A stretch of DNA of 64,000 nt, from the NCBI GenBank assembly GCA_900321105.1, contig OOHL01000003.1, forward strand, positions 17,516 to 81,515, given 5' to 3'. This DNA is from an uncultured Pseudomonadota bacterium (lineage in GTDB: Bacteria; Pseudomonadota; Alphaproteobacteria; Rs-D84). Of the stretch, positions 9,115-19,856 are shown piece by piece. A model generated the notes under the pieces. That model was given only the letters and a program-made list of their open reading frames with translations, searched no databases and was not told the origin of the DNA. The translations under genes were made by a program, and so were the position numbers. Every line of letters begins with the position of its first letter. The first letter of the stretch is position 1.

Positions 9115-10839
9115 ATGAAAAAGATATTAACCTTTTTGTTGGCTATATTTTTTCTGGTGCCTGCATCGGCGATTGAATCTGTGGATGTATTAACGGATGA
9201 TGATGCCGCACGTTATGCACAAATATTTTTATTGCAAGACAAAGAAAAAATAGAAACAGCAAAAAAAGTCGAAGCAAAATTAACAGACAAATCTTTGATG
9301 AACGAAGTTTTATATCAAAGATATACTTCGAAAACTTATCATACACGTGGCGCAGAATTGAAATCGTGGATGGATAAATATTATGATATGCCTGGCGCAG
9401 AAAGATTATATAAAATCGCAAATATAAAACAGGCAACTGTTCGTAAACCTTTGGCACCACACATCATTACCGGCAAAGATTATATTGAAACAGCGCAATC
9501 TGAAAATTGGACTGTGAAACAATATAGTAATTCAACAACTAAAACGATTGATAAATTTAAACGCGCAATTCGTTCGGGGTCTTCAAAAAACGCACGTAAT
9601 ATATTAGAAGATAAATCTTTCAAGGCAAAAATTTCTGATGCGGATTATGGACGATTGGCGGGTCGTTTAGCGTTTTTATATTATACGAACGGCGAATATG
9701 AATTGGCGAAAAAATGGGGTTTTGTTTCATCTGATGCAAATTCAGAATATGGACTTTGGACGATGGGATTACTTTATTTCAAAGAACAAAAATATAATGA
9801 ATCACAGAAATATTTTGGACGCATTTTGGATTTAACACAAATCAACAATGCCCGCAAGACCGAGGCTGCATTTTGGGCTGGTCGTGCCGCTGATATAAAT
9901 GGCAATCGTAGTGACGCAAAAAAATATTGGAAGATTGCTGCGGCATATCCAATGTCTTTTTATGGTGCATTGGCATCGACTATGTTAGGTGATACGCCAG
10001 AATATGAATTTTTTGATCAAGAATGTTCTGATGAAGATATTGTCACTTTGCGTGAAAATAAATATGGTAAAAAGGCATTGGCTTTATTACAAGTCGGACG
10101 CAAGGACAGGGCAGAACAATATTTAAAATATCTGGTGACGGCAAAATCTTCGGATAAATTATTGCACGCTGTTAATGCCGTATCATCACTTTATGGATTG
10201 CCCCAGGTTTCTATTTTGGTATCTGGTGTTATGCGTGATCGTGGTGTATCAGAAATTAATGATGATATTATTTATTCGGCACAATATCCATTGCCTAATT
10301 GGGAACCTTTGGGTGGATGGTCTATTGACAGGGCGCTTTTGTTAGCAATCACAAAACAAGAAAGTGGTTTTAAAACAAATGCAAAATCAAATGCAGGTGC
10401 AAATGGCGTTATGCAAATTATGCCAAGTACGGCCAAAAAGGTTGCGCGTAAAAATGATATAAAAATGTCTGAAATCGATATAAATAATCCTGAACATAAT
10501 ATGTTCCTGGGGCAACAATATATTGTCGATTTATTACAACATCAACTGATTCAAAATAATATTATAAAAATGCTGGTCGCGTATAATGCAGGTATGGGGA
10601 ATCTGGTTAAATTTGAAAAAAGTTTTTCTACATCTGACCCGTTGTTATATATAGAAAGTTTTCCTGCATATGAAACACGCAATTATATAAAGCGTGTTAT
10701 GTCTAATTTGTGGCTTTATCGTGCGCGCCTTAATCAGCCGTTGACGGCATTAAAAGAACTGTCCGGTGGTTCATGGCCATATTACAACAGCGAAGACGAA
10801 TATGTGCAAAACAGAGACACAAAAAATTTGTCGTTATAA
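9115..10839 (+). CDS. slt: Soluble lytic murein transglycosylase (Slt family)
   Basis: Signal peptide and superhelical N-terminal domain. C-terminal SLT catalytic motif ITKQESGFKTNAKSNAGANGVMQIMPSTA. Confidence 0.85.
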   Translation: MKKILTFLLAIFFLVPASAIESVDVLTDDDAARYAQIFLLQDKEKIETAKKVEAKLTDKSLMNEVLYQRYTSKTYHTRGAELKSWMDKYYDMPGAERLYKIANIKQATVRKPLAPHIITGKDYIETAQSENWTVKQYSNSTTKTIDKFKRAIRSGSSKNARNILEDKSFKAKISDADYGRLAGRLAFLYYTNGEYELAKKWGFVSSDANSEYGLWTMGLLYFKEQKYNESQKYFGRILDLTQINNARKTEAAFWAGRAADINGNRSDAKKYWKIAAAYPMSFYGALASTMLGDTPEYEFFDQECSDEDIVTLRENKYGKKALALLQVGRKDRAEQYLKYLVTAKSSDKLLHAVNAVSSLYGLPQVSILVSGVMRDRGVSEINDDIIYSAQYPLPNWEPLGGWSIDRALLLAITKQESGFKTNAKSNAGANGVMQIMPSTAKKVARKNDIKMSEIDINNPEHNMFLGQQYIVDLLQHQLIQNNIIKMLVAYNAGMGNLVKFEKSFSTSDPLLYIESFPAYETRNYIKRVMSNLWLYRARLNQPLTALKELSGGSWPYYNSEDEYVQNRDTKNLSL

Positions 10840-10842
10840 ATA

Positions 10843-11478
10843 ATGAAAAGTATTCCTGATTTTTCAATTGAAAAAAATATCGGCAAAAAAATTATTGTCG
10901 GTGCAGACGAGGCTGGTCGTGGTCCATTATGTGGACCTGTTGTTGCAGGGGCTGTTGTTTTTAAAAAATATGATTTTGATGATATGCCTTTTATCAGTGA
11001 TTCAAAACAGATGTCTGAAAAACAACGTGATATCGCATACGATTGGATAACAAATAATCCAGACATAATCTGGGGTATCGGTCAATGCAGTGCAGCCGAA
11101 ATTGATGATATGAATATTTTACAAGCATCCCTTGCTGCGATGAAGCGCGCAATATGTGCGCTGGGCATTGTGCCGGATTATTGTTTAATTGATGGAAATA
11201 AAATGCCAAATGATTTAATTGGTGAACCAGTTGTCAAAGGCGATGCAAAATCTTTATCAATTTCGGCTGCATCCGTTATTGCAAAGGTCACGCGTGACAG
11301 AATCATGAAAGATTTAGCAAAAAAATATCCACAATATGATTGGGATAAAAATGCTGGCTATCCAACACAACAACATTTGCAAGCAATCGATAAATATGGT
11401 ATAAATGAACATTATAGAAAGACTTATCGTCCGGTAAAAGAAAGGATTGAAAAAAATGCCGATTCAAAATGTTCGTGA
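10843..11478 (+). CDS. rnhB: Ribonuclease HII
   Basis: GADEAGRGPLCGPVV motif. Length 211 aa. Confidence 0.9.
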   Translation: MKSIPDFSIEKNIGKKIIVGADEAGRGPLCGPVVAGAVVFKKYDFDDMPFISDSKQMSEKQRDIAYDWITNNPDIIWGIGQCSAAEIDDMNILQASLAAMKRAICALGIVPDYCLIDGNKMPNDLIGEPVVKGDAKSLSISAASVIAKVTRDRIMKDLAKKYPQYDWDKNAGYPTQQHLQAIDKYGINEHYRKTYRPVKERIEKNADSKCS

Positions 11479-12622
11479 CATAAATGTTAAATCAAAATAT
11501 GTTTTATTGCGTACAGATTTTAATGTTAAAGTTATCGATGGAAAAATAACAGATACTTTTCGCATAGACGCATCAATACCGACGATAAAGTATTTAACAA
11601 ATAGTGGTGCGCGTGTCGTGATTTGTTCGCATATGGGACGACCAAAAGGTAAATCAGAATCTGATTTGTCTTTGCGCCCAATTGCAGAATATATGAATAT
11701 CCCATTTGTGGAAGATTGTTTGAATAAAGATTTTTTATCAGATATGCACGATGGTGATGTTGTGCTTTTGGAAAACGTGCGTTTCTATATCGGTGAAGAA
11801 GAAAACGATGATTCGTTTGCAAAAAAATTATCAGAAGGTTTTGATGTATATGTAAACGATGCGTTTGCTGTATCACATCGCAGCGCCGCCAGTATTGTCG
11901 GTGTAACAAAATATTTGCAGTCTTTTGCAGGCGATTTATTGATAAAAGAAATTGAAAATATTTCGAAAGTTATGGAACGTCCAACACACCCATTGGTTGC
12001 TTTTGTTGGTGGCGGCAAAGTTTCCACAAAGATAGGCGTATTGAAAAAATTGGTTTCGATTGCTGATAAAATTGTTATTGGTGGCGCAATGGGAACAACT
12101 TTTAATTTTGCGCTGGGATTGCCTGTTGGCGATTCGTTATATGAAGAATCTATGTCAGATGTTGCGCTGGATATAATCAATTTTGCAAAACAAAATAATT
12201 GTGAAGTATTTTTGCCTTTGGATAAAGGTGTCGGAAAAGTCTTTGATAAAAATACTGAAAGAATAAATCGTGATGCAAATGATATTCATGATGATGATGT
12301 AATAATGGATGACGGTGAAAAAACAATTGCACGAAACAAAGAGTTATTACAAGATGTAAAAACTGTAATTTGGAACGGGACATTTGGTTTGGCGGAATGG
12401 GGTGAACCTTGGGGACGTGCATCGTTTGAATTGGCACGCGATTTGGCACATTTTACAAAAATGGGAAAAATAGAAACTGTCGTTGGTGGCGGCGATACAG
12501 TCGCAACATTAAATGCATGCGGCGTATTTAATGATATGACATACGTTTCAACCGGTGGCGGAGCATTTTTGGAATTTATTGAAGGTAAAGAATTACCAGG
12601 TATTGTTGCGTTGGAAAAATGA
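11447..12622 (+). CDS. pgk: Phosphoglycerate kinase
   Basis: Full-length similarity to PGK (CSHMGRPKG, VGGGKVS, GGGAFLE motifs). Overlaps the rnhB end. Confidence 0.9.
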   Translation: MKKMPIQNVRDINVKSKYVLLRTDFNVKVIDGKITDTFRIDASIPTIKYLTNSGARVVICSHMGRPKGKSESDLSLRPIAEYMNIPFVEDCLNKDFLSDMHDGDVVLLENVRFYIGEEENDDSFAKKLSEGFDVYVNDAFAVSHRSAASIVGVTKYLQSFAGDLLIKEIENISKVMERPTHPLVAFVGGGKVSTKIGVLKKLVSIADKIVIGGAMGTTFNFALGLPVGDSLYEESMSDVALDIINFAKQNNCEVFLPLDKGVGKVFDKNTERINRDANDIHDDDVIMDDGEKTIARNKELLQDVKTVIWNGTFGLAEWGEPWGRASFELARDLAHFTKMGKIETVVGGGDTVATLNACGVFNDMTYVSTGGGAFLEFIEGKELPGIVALEK

Positions 12623-12633
12623 AAGGATAAAAT

Positions 12634-12894
12634 ATGAAATATATTAAATCGGGCATTTTCACAACAGAACAGTTAAGTATTTCTGAAACAATAACAGAAA
12701 CAAACGATGTTGTTGGTATAGCAAAAGATATTATTGAAAAAATAACAAATGTTCCAGACGATGTAAAAAAGGAATTGGATTTGGCAATAAATAATTTAAA
12801 TCAGGCAAAAGATTATTTGAAACATATTAAAAATAAGTGTGATATAGCGTTGGATTATGTCCCAACAGATATCAAAGAAAAAGAATATTTGTAA
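12634..12894 (+). CDS. Small hypothetical protein (86 aa)
   Basis: ORF only. No recognisable motif. Confidence 0.3.
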   Translation: MKYIKSGIFTTEQLSISETITETNDVVGIAKDIIEKITNVPDDVKKELDLAINNLNQAKDYLKHIKNKCDIALDYVPTDIKEKEYL

Positions 12895-12895
12895 T

Positions 12896-12923
12896 CTTGA
12901 AATCCCGAAAAAAATCCTTATTT
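12896..12923 (+). promoter_or_regulatory. Candidate sigma-32 (RpoH) heat-shock promoter for clpP-clpX
   Basis: CTTGAAA-N13-CCTTATTT resembles the sigma-32 consensus CTTGAAA-N13-15-CCCCATWT. A TGaTATAAT extended -10 also lies at 12958-12966 just upstream of the clpP start. Confidence 0.5.
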
Positions 12924-12991
12924 ATTTACTATAAAATTAGCGAATCGGCTGATTGTATGATATAATTAAGCGTAAAAAAGAGGATTTTATT

Positions 12992-13573
12992 ATGTCGTTA
13001 GTACCTATTGTTATAGAAGAATCTCCAAAAGGTGAACGTTCTTTTGATATTTATTCGCGTCTTTTGCGCGACAGAATTGTTATGATTTCTGGACCAATCG
13101 ATATGGCTATGGCGAATACGGTTGTTGCACAGTTATTGTTTTTGGAATCTGAAAATCCAAATGCTGATATTTCGTTATATTTGAATACACCGGGTGGTGA
13201 AGTTAATGCCGGATGGGCAATTATGGATACAATGCAATATATTAAACCAAATGTTTCGACAATTGGTATGGGATTGGTTGCGTCAATGGGGTCTGTATTG
13301 TTGGCTGCGGGTGCCAAGGGTAAACGTTTTGTTTTACCAAATACAGAAATAATGATTCATCAACCACTTGCTGGAACCCAAGGTCAGGTTACAGATATGG
13401 AAATTCATGTTGCGAATTTTAAACGTACCAAAGAAAGATTAATTAAACAAATGGCTGGATTCACGGGTCGCAAAGAAAAAGAACTTTTTGATGCGATGGA
13501 ACGCGATAATTATATGGATGCAGAAACAGCCAAGAAATTTGGTTTGATTGATGACATTTTAATCAGAAAATAA
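12992..13573 (+). CDS. clpP: ATP-dependent Clp protease proteolytic subunit
   Basis: The true start is MSLVPIVIE after an AGAGGA Shine-Dalgarno. Catalytic-region motifs GMGLVASMGSVLLAAG and HQPL are present. Confidence 0.92.
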   Translation: MSLVPIVIEESPKGERSFDIYSRLLRDRIVMISGPIDMAMANTVVAQLLFLESENPNADISLYLNTPGGEVNAGWAIMDTMQYIKPNVSTIGMGLVASMGSVLLAAGAKGKRFVLPNTEIMIHQPLAGTQGQVTDMEIHVANFKRTKERLIKQMAGFTGRKEKELFDAMERDNYMDAETAKKFGLIDDILIRK

Positions 13574-13600
13574 TTTGTTTTTAATTCAAGGTTTATAAAA

Positions 13601-14863
13601 ATGAACGACGATAAAACAACAAATACACCCGAAAAAGCGCAACAGTTTTGCAGTTTCTGTGGAAAATCTGTGTATGAAGTGAAAAAATTGGTCAGTGGCA
13701 AAGATGTCTGCATTTGTGATGAATGTATCAATCTGTGTAATGATATTATGGCAGATGATAAAAAATCACAAATTAAACACGAATCTTCATCGTTGCCAAC
13801 ACCATCTGAAATTTATAAATTCTTGAATGAATATGTTATTGGTCAAGACAATGCAAAAAGAACATTGGCTGTGGCGGTATATAATCATTATAAACGTAAC
13901 AGTGCCGCGGTTGCTTCCAATGTAGAAATACAGAAATCCAATATTTTGATGATTGGTTCGACTGGTACTGGTAAAACTTTGTTTGCACAAACTTTGGCAC
14001 GTGTATTAGATGTGCCATTTGCGATTGCCGATGCGACAACTTTAACCGAAGCCGGTTATGTTGGTGATGACGTTGAATCTGTGTTAACACGTTTGTTGCA
14101 AAATGCTAATTTTGATGTTGAGCGCGCACAACGCGGAATTATTTATATCGATGAAATAGATAAAATTTCGCGCAAATCTGAAAACCCTTCATTGACACGC
14201 GATGTGTCTGGCGAAGGTGTTCAACAGGCTTTGTTAAAATTAATTGAAGGAACCGTTGCAAATGTTCCAGCTGGTGGGGCGGGGCGCAAACATCCTGGCG
14301 AAGCGACCGTTCAATTAGATACCAGCAAGATTTTATTTATATGTGGTGGTGCATTTGATGGTTTGAACAAAATCATTGCTGCGCGTTCTGCAGGTCGTGC
14401 TGGAATTGGTTTTGGTGCAAATGTTTCTGATAAAAAAGAACGTGAAGAAAAAGATTATTTAATTGACGTTCAATCAAGTGATTTAGTTCGCTTTGGCATT
14501 ATTCCAGAACTGATTGGTCGTTTACCAATCATCACAACTTTGCAACCTTTGGATGAAAAAGCATTGGTAAAGATTTTAACAGAACCAAAGAATGCAATTG
14601 TTAAACAATATGCGGCAATGTTGGAAATGGATGGAATAAAGTTAAATATCACCAAAGATGGTTTGACTGCTATTGCTAAAATGGCAATAGAAAGAAAAAC
14701 TGGTGCACGTGGTTTGCGTTCAATATTGGAAAAGATTTTATTAAAGCCCATGTTTGATGCACCTGATAAAAAAGATTTACAAGAAATCGTAATAGATGCA
14801 GATGTAGTAAACGGTAAAAAAGAACCAATGGAAATTTACGCAGAAACTAAAAAAGTCGCTTAA
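13601..14863 (+). CDS. clpX: ATP-dependent Clp protease ATP-binding subunit ClpX
   Basis: Zinc finger CSFCGK...CICDEC. Walker A GSTGTGKT. Confidence 0.95.
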   Translation: MNDDKTTNTPEKAQQFCSFCGKSVYEVKKLVSGKDVCICDECINLCNDIMADDKKSQIKHESSSLPTPSEIYKFLNEYVIGQDNAKRTLAVAVYNHYKRNSAAVASNVEIQKSNILMIGSTGTGKTLFAQTLARVLDVPFAIADATTLTEAGYVGDDVESVLTRLLQNANFDVERAQRGIIYIDEIDKISRKSENPSLTRDVSGEGVQQALLKLIEGTVANVPAGGAGRKHPGEATVQLDTSKILFICGGAFDGLNKIIAARSAGRAGIGFGANVSDKKEREEKDYLIDVQSSDLVRFGIIPELIGRLPIITTLQPLDEKALVKILTEPKNAIVKQYAAMLEMDGIKLNITKDGLTAIAKMAIERKTGARGLRSILEKILLKPMFDAPDKKDLQEIVIDADVVNGKKEPMEIYAETKKVA

Positions 14864-14871
14864 TACACAAT

Positions 14872-14906
14872 AAAAAAAACGATAAAATATTTATCGTTTT
14901 TTTTTA
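14872..14906. terminator. Bidirectional hairpin terminator between clpX (+) and ORF 14904-17222 (-)
   Basis: The hairpin aacgataaaatatttatcgtt is flanked by an A-run and a T-run. Confidence 0.65.
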
Positions 14907-17222
14907 TGGTTTACAATATCCCCATAATGCACTGGAACCTGTTTTAATGTAAAAGCTGTTCAATAAATAATCACCAGTAGAATCATGAATACCATCACTG
15001 TTTTTATCTGTCCATGGAATATCAACCCATGTCCCAGATTGGTCAGAACATTCTTGTGATAAAGACAAAACCAGTTGTGTGCGAACCTTTTGCATAACTT
15101 TATCAATATCAGATAACAAAGATTCTGATACTGTATAACTTGTCTTTGACGGTCGACGACAATTCTGAAGCGCATATCTTACAAGTTGTTGATACAAAGA
15201 ACCAATGTAAGACGTCCCACATGTCATATATATATCAGAAGATGATTGCACGGGGGCTAGTTTGCCGCCATAACAAGTATAAGTTTTTGGACATTGTTTG
15301 CATTCCGTTGCACCAGTTGTTGCAAAATAAACTCCTGTGTTGTCTTCATCTGTTTCATCAAACTTATACAAATAATATCCAGGTTTACATTCCTTATATA
15401 TTTTTGTATATCCTATGGAACAATAATCTTGATATGCTGCATGTGAATACGTAGATGTTTGTGCAGTGGTTGTAATCAAAATATCGTTTTGGGAAAAAGG
15501 GTTATATGATGTTTCATTGCATATTTCAACACGTGCATATCGCGATTCCCCTGGAGCATATTTGCGACAACCATAAGGATAAGAATGTGCTGAATCACCA
15601 GTCTGGATAGCACATCTGCTTTCTACAAATGTTGTTAATAAATCATAACACGATTGTTCGATTGTCGCATCTGTGATGCCTGTCATTGCAGCAACTAATG
15701 TTGTAAGACCTTCTTCGCCACCACCATATAAATTACTGCAAGTATTTAATTTATCAGCACACATTTCTTCGGATAATTCCAATGTTTGTCCCAAGTTAAT
15801 TTTTGTATCTGTATCTGAAAAATTTTTTAATTGGTCTGATTGTTTCAGATAACATTCGTTAACAACTTTCAAACATTCATCTTTGACTGTTTTTACTCGT
15901 GCTTGTTGTCCTTGGTATATTTCGACAATTGCTTGTCGTAAGAATTCGTCCCATACATCTTCGGCATCATCACGACATAAATCCAGACTTTTTGATGCAA
16001 AATTACGTTTTTTGTTAAGCATACTTATAAATGATGTGTTTTGGCTGTTTTTTAAAACATCACCTGATAACGATAATTGGTTTTCAATCTGATAAAATTC
16101 AGGCGAATATATTGGTTGTCCAGTTGATATATTCAAATATTTACCAGAAAAATCTAAACAGTGAATATATCCATTTCCACAGGCTGAATCTGCCGTTATA
16201 TCTTTACGAACATTTGCAATACAATCATTTATGCTGGACGAATTGTGTGCATTATAATTTTCGAGACGCGCATCTTGCATTTTATGACGTGTTGATCGTA
16301 TTGATGCATTTGCATTGGTGGTTTTTGTTTGCAGATTATTTTCAAGTAAAGAGCAATCATTTTCAACGTACATGCCGTATGCAGATGCAACCATTTTCAA
16401 ATCAGATGATGCACAAGTTTCTGTGACAAGTTCTGAACATTGGGCATGTACCGCATTGAATAAAGCTTCGCCGGTAAGATTTGCAATGTCTGCACCGCCA
16501 ATCAAATTTGTTGTTGACCAAATAGATTTTATATCACCAGCAATGTCTACATTTCCCTTGGTCGATAGCGATTGAGATTTTGTATTACTAAGCACACCAG
16601 AAATATTTTTCAATGTATTTGCGCTTTCAGACGTATCCTTTTTGATCGCAGATTCACCATCTGTAGCGGATAACATCGCTTTTACTTCTTTGGATGTTTT
16701 TGATATCATGTCGATATTTAAATCTTGAAAGTCTTGTAAACTTTCTGCGGTTTGTGATAAAAGCCTTTCTTTGTTTTGTATATCTTTTAATTTTGAAGAA
16801 CAAACACATCGACGGTACGTTTCGTTTTGCGTAGCGCAAAATTGATCCATACATGTAAAATATGCATCGCGACAAGAATTATAATTTGATCCGAAAGTTC
16901 TTGTTTTTACAGTAGCGGCAGCGCGCGCCAATCTTGAAGCTTGTGTTGCAACCGCAGAACGAACAGCTTGGTGATTTTGTGTCGCACTTCGCCCGGTGAC
17001 AATCTTTGTATTTGGTGTACGTGCGGTTGTCTTTCTGGTGGTGACATCTGCAGATGCGTTACGCGATGTTATAGAACGGCTTGTATTGGTATCTGTTTTT
17101 TGTCGTGTTGATGACGATAGGCGTGATGTTGTTGGTGTTGCAGTATTCTGGGTACGCAAAGCAGCATTGACCCCGTCAACGCATAAAAACAGACCAAGCA
17201 AAACAACAAAAACCTTTCTCAT
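14904..17222 (-). CDS. Cysteine-rich secreted protein, divergent member of the paralogous family (772 aa)
   Basis: Signal peptide MRKVFVVLLGLFLCVDGVNA. Has a Thr/Ser/Arg-rich linker. SCRDAYFTCMDQFC......RRCVCSS matches the family N-terminal motif and CRDDAEDVWDEFLRQA matches the VWDxFL motif. About 35 Cys. The C-terminus differs from the other members. Confidence 0.75.
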   Translation of the reverse strand: MRKVFVVLLGLFLCVDGVNAALRTQNTATPTTSRLSSSTRQKTDTNTSRSITSRNASADVTTRKTTARTPNTKIVTGRSATQNHQAVRSAVATQASRLARAAATVKTRTFGSNYNSCRDAYFTCMDQFCATQNETYRRCVCSSKLKDIQNKERLLSQTAESLQDFQDLNIDMISKTSKEVKAMLSATDGESAIKKDTSESANTLKNISGVLSNTKSQSLSTKGNVDIAGDIKSIWSTTNLIGGADIANLTGEALFNAVHAQCSELVTETCASSDLKMVASAYGMYVENDCSLLENNLQTKTTNANASIRSTRHKMQDARLENYNAHNSSSINDCIANVRKDITADSACGNGYIHCLDFSGKYLNISTGQPIYSPEFYQIENQLSLSGDVLKNSQNTSFISMLNKKRNFASKSLDLCRDDAEDVWDEFLRQAIVEIYQGQQARVKTVKDECLKVVNECYLKQSDQLKNFSDTDTKINLGQTLELSEEMCADKLNTCSNLYGGGEEGLTTLVAAMTGITDATIEQSCYDLLTTFVESRCAIQTGDSAHSYPYGCRKYAPGESRYARVEICNETSYNPFSQNDILITTTAQTSTYSHAAYQDYCSIGYTKIYKECKPGYYLYKFDETDEDNTGVYFATTGATECKQCPKTYTCYGGKLAPVQSSSDIYMTCGTSYIGSLYQQLVRYALQNCRRPSKTSYTVSESLLSDIDKVMQKVRTQLVLSLSQECSDQSGTWVDIPWTDKNSDGIHDSTGDYLLNSFYIKTGSSALWGYCKP

Positions 17223-17291
17223 CCTGTACTTTTAAATAATAATAACAAAAATAAGATATTTTAAGCAAGGGTATTTTACAAAATTTTGAAA

Positions 17292-17316
17292 TAAAAAAAA
17301 TCCACAAAAGTGGATT
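17292..17316 (-). terminator. Rho-independent terminator downstream of infA
   Basis: On the minus strand the hairpin atccacttttgtggat is followed by a T8 run. Confidence 0.65.
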
Positions 17317-17323
17317 TGTTTCT

Positions 17324-17578
17324 TTATTGATGATTTGGTGCACCATCTGCGGTTGCATGTGTTCGTTCAACAAATGTTATACGACCTTTGTCTAAATCAT
17401 AAGGTGTCATTTCAACATGTACCTTTTCACCAACATTAACCCAAATGCGAGCCTTGCGCATTTTGCCGCACACGGTTGCCAATATCACATGTCCATTTTC
17501 AAGACGAACACGGAACATAGTGTTTGGTAACCTTTCTTCGACTGTACCTGAAAAAACAATTACATCATCTTTTGCCAT
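17324..17578 (-). CDS. infA: Translation initiation factor IF-1
   Basis: [42 protein letters not shown]... is the canonical S1-like IF-1. The listed 127-aa ORF is an upstream extension. Confidence 0.9.
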   Translation of the reverse strand: MAKDDVIVFSGTVEERLPNTMFRVRLENGHVILATVCGKMRKARIWVNVGEKVHVEMTPYDLDKGRITFVERTHATADGAPNHQ

Positions 17579-17651
17579 AAATTTAATCCTTGGTTTTTGA
17601 CCATATAATAATATTAACCATAAAATTAAAAAGCAAGACTTTTTTATATGC

Positions 17652-17680
17652 TTGCAAGGTTTAATATTTTTTGATAAAAT
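17652..17680 (+). promoter_or_regulatory. Candidate sigma-70 promoter (TTGCAA-N17-TAAAAT) for the tandem cysteine-rich genes
   Basis: The hexamers with 17-bp spacing lie about 25 bp upstream of the ATG at 17706. Confidence 0.4.
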
Positions 17681-17705
17681 AACATAAAAATGTAGGAATG
17701 TGCAC

Positions 17706-19838
17706 ATGAAAATATTGAGATTTTTACCAATTTTGTTGGTTTTGCCATCTGTCGTGTATGGGGCTTCACGTGGGGATTCAGAGATGCGTGTTGGTATAGT
17801 GCGTGGATCTCAGGCTGCTTCGCGCATATCTGTCGGGGCCGCGGAAGTAAAAGCTGTACGTGAGTCTGCAGAGAAAATACTGCAATCAAATGAAAAAGAT
17901 GGTTCTAAAAAATTACCATCTATTTCAGGATATGCGACCGAAAGTCCTGCGAGTGATTGTCGTGATGCGTATCGTGAATGTATGGATAATTTTTGTTTGT
18001 TGGACGAAAGCCAGGGTGAACGTTGTGCGTGTTCTGATAATATAGAACGTGCAAAAAGCAAAATTCAGGCTGTTCTTGATATCCAGGCAGAAGCAGACAA
18101 ATTGTATACCGAGGGTGTTGAACGTGAACAACTGGGTGCCAAGGCGCGTTTAGTTTTTGCTGATAACACCAGTACCAAGGTTTCAACTGCGAATTTCATG
18201 GCATGGTTGGGCGCCGGAGAAGAAGATGAAGAAGAAGAAGTTGGCGAAGATGTGACGATGGGTGATGATTTGTACCAAATGGCTGTTAAGTATTGTCAGG
18301 CTGAATTAGATGCTTGTGGCAGTAAGGCCGAAATGGAATCCATGCTTTATACGCGCATGATAACCCAAGATTGTAAAAATTATGATGCATATCTGGCAGA
18401 CCAGAAAGCAAATGCGGAATCCAATAAACGTATCGCAGAATCTGCGGTTCGCAAGGCACGTCTTGAAATGTTAGACACGACAAATAAATATAACCGTGGT
18501 GAATGTTTGTTGGCATATCGTTCATGTATCGCAGACAAGGGTGGTTGTGGTTCTAATTTTGAAAACTGTTTAGATGAAAAATTATTACAACGTCGTTCAA
18601 ATGCCTGTGAAAACGTGTTGGATCAATGTATGGCGGTTCGTGATTATGTTGTTAAAGATTGGGCGGCAGAATCTAAAAGTGTTTTGGCAGAAGCAGCAAA
18701 ATATGCGGATAAATATGAACGTGCAACATGTTTGGCAAAGGTGCAACTTTGTTTGGAAGAAGGGTGTTCAACATCAACAAATGCGGAATGTTTAACAGAT
18801 GTAAATGTCGCTGCTGGTGTATGTCCAATTATTACAGAATGTGACGCAAAGATACCAGGCTTCCAGGCTGTTGTAAACGATAAGTTGGGATATTTGCAAA
18901 CAAAGTTCTGTGAAAATGATGTTGATAAATGTCTGCAAGATAAGTGTGGTGTTGATTTTACGAAACCAGAATGTGTTGGTAAAAAACCGTATGAAATCGC
19001 GGCGCTTTGTCCACAGAGTATGTTCCCTTCTTGTAAGACTGCAACACAATTTGATGTGATTGTTCAGGCTGCAATCTTGCAAATGGATTATCAAATGATG
19101 CAGGGCTGTGTGAATTATTTTGGTGAACAACTGGGCAAGGTTTGTGGTACAGATATGGCGTGTTTACCAATTGATACAACTGTTGAATCTTTAATCAATT
19201 TGCCTGATACCGAAGAAGGTTTGGCAGATTTACGTAAAACGGTTGTTGCAAATTCTGATGCATCGGTCGAAGAATTCTTTAAACAATTTGAACAAGATAA
19301 AACTGTGGCTGCTTGTTCGGATTCTCAAAGTGTTGACGCGTCAAAGAAAGTAAAGGGTAAAAACACATTGGGGGTAAGTGTATTTAATACTGCAAAATTA
19401 TTGGCGAAAATGGCAGCAGAAAATCGTAATTTACGCGAACTTGATTCTAAAATTGCAGAATTGGCACGTAAAAAAGAATTAAAAGAAGCAGAACAAATTT
19501 GTTTGAAAACTTATAAACCTGAAAAACCAGATGATTCTAAAACGAATTACAGTTATATAAAAAGTGTTTCGTTTGAACCACAACTTCGTAATTGTCATGT
19601 TTGCAGATTGCAACAGGTGTGCGAAGAAGGTGGCGAATCAAAAGCATCTGCGGCATTGAAAGCTGCGGCTGGTGGTTTGTCGGCTGGCGCATCGACTGGA
19701 ACAATGATAAATGCCGGATGGGGAACCGCAATTGGTGGTATTATAGGTGCGGTTGGTGCCGGTGCATTAGGTGCGGCATCTGGTGGTAAAAAAGAATTCT
19801 GTCAAGAAATCGAATCTTGCGAAGATATAAATATGTAA
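17706..19838 (+). CDS. Cysteine-rich secreted/surface protein, paralogous family member (about 710 aa)
   Basis: Signal peptide [19 protein letters not shown]. Carries the [14 protein letters not shown]......GERCACSD motif and the acidic patch [12 protein letters not shown]. Also [20 protein letters not shown], a G/A-rich hydrophobic segment [40 protein letters not shown], and a terminus NCHVC...CEDINM. Confidence 0.8.
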   Translation: MKILRFLPILLVLPSVVYGASRGDSEMRVGIVRGSQAASRISVGAAEVKAVRESAEKILQSNEKDGSKKLPSISGYATESPASDCRDAYRECMDNFCLLDESQGERCACSDNIERAKSKIQAVLDIQAEADKLYTEGVEREQLGAKARLVFADNTSTKVSTANFMAWLGAGEEDEEEEVGEDVTMGDDLYQMAVKYCQAELDACGSKAEMESMLYTRMITQDCKNYDAYLADQKANAESNKRIAESAVRKARLEMLDTTNKYNRGECLLAYRSCIADKGGCGSNFENCLDEKLLQRRSNACENVLDQCMAVRDYVVKDWAAESKSVLAEAAKYADKYERATCLAKVQLCLEEGCSTSTNAECLTDVNVAAGVCPIITECDAKIPGFQAVVNDKLGYLQTKFCENDVDKCLQDKCGVDFTKPECVGKKPYEIAALCPQSMFPSCKTATQFDVIVQAAILQMDYQMMQGCVNYFGEQLGKVCGTDMACLPIDTTVESLINLPDTEEGLADLRKTVVANSDASVEEFFKQFEQDKTVAACSDSQSVDASKKVKGKNTLGVSVFNTAKLLAKMAAENRNLRELDSKIAELARKKELKEAEQICLKTYKPEKPDDSKTNYSYIKSVSFEPQLRNCHVCRLQQVCEEGGESKASAALKAAAGGLSAGASTGTMINAGWGTAIGGIIGAVGAGALGAASGGKKEFCQEIESCEDINM

Positions 19839-19856
19839 AACTTTGGAGAAAATAAA

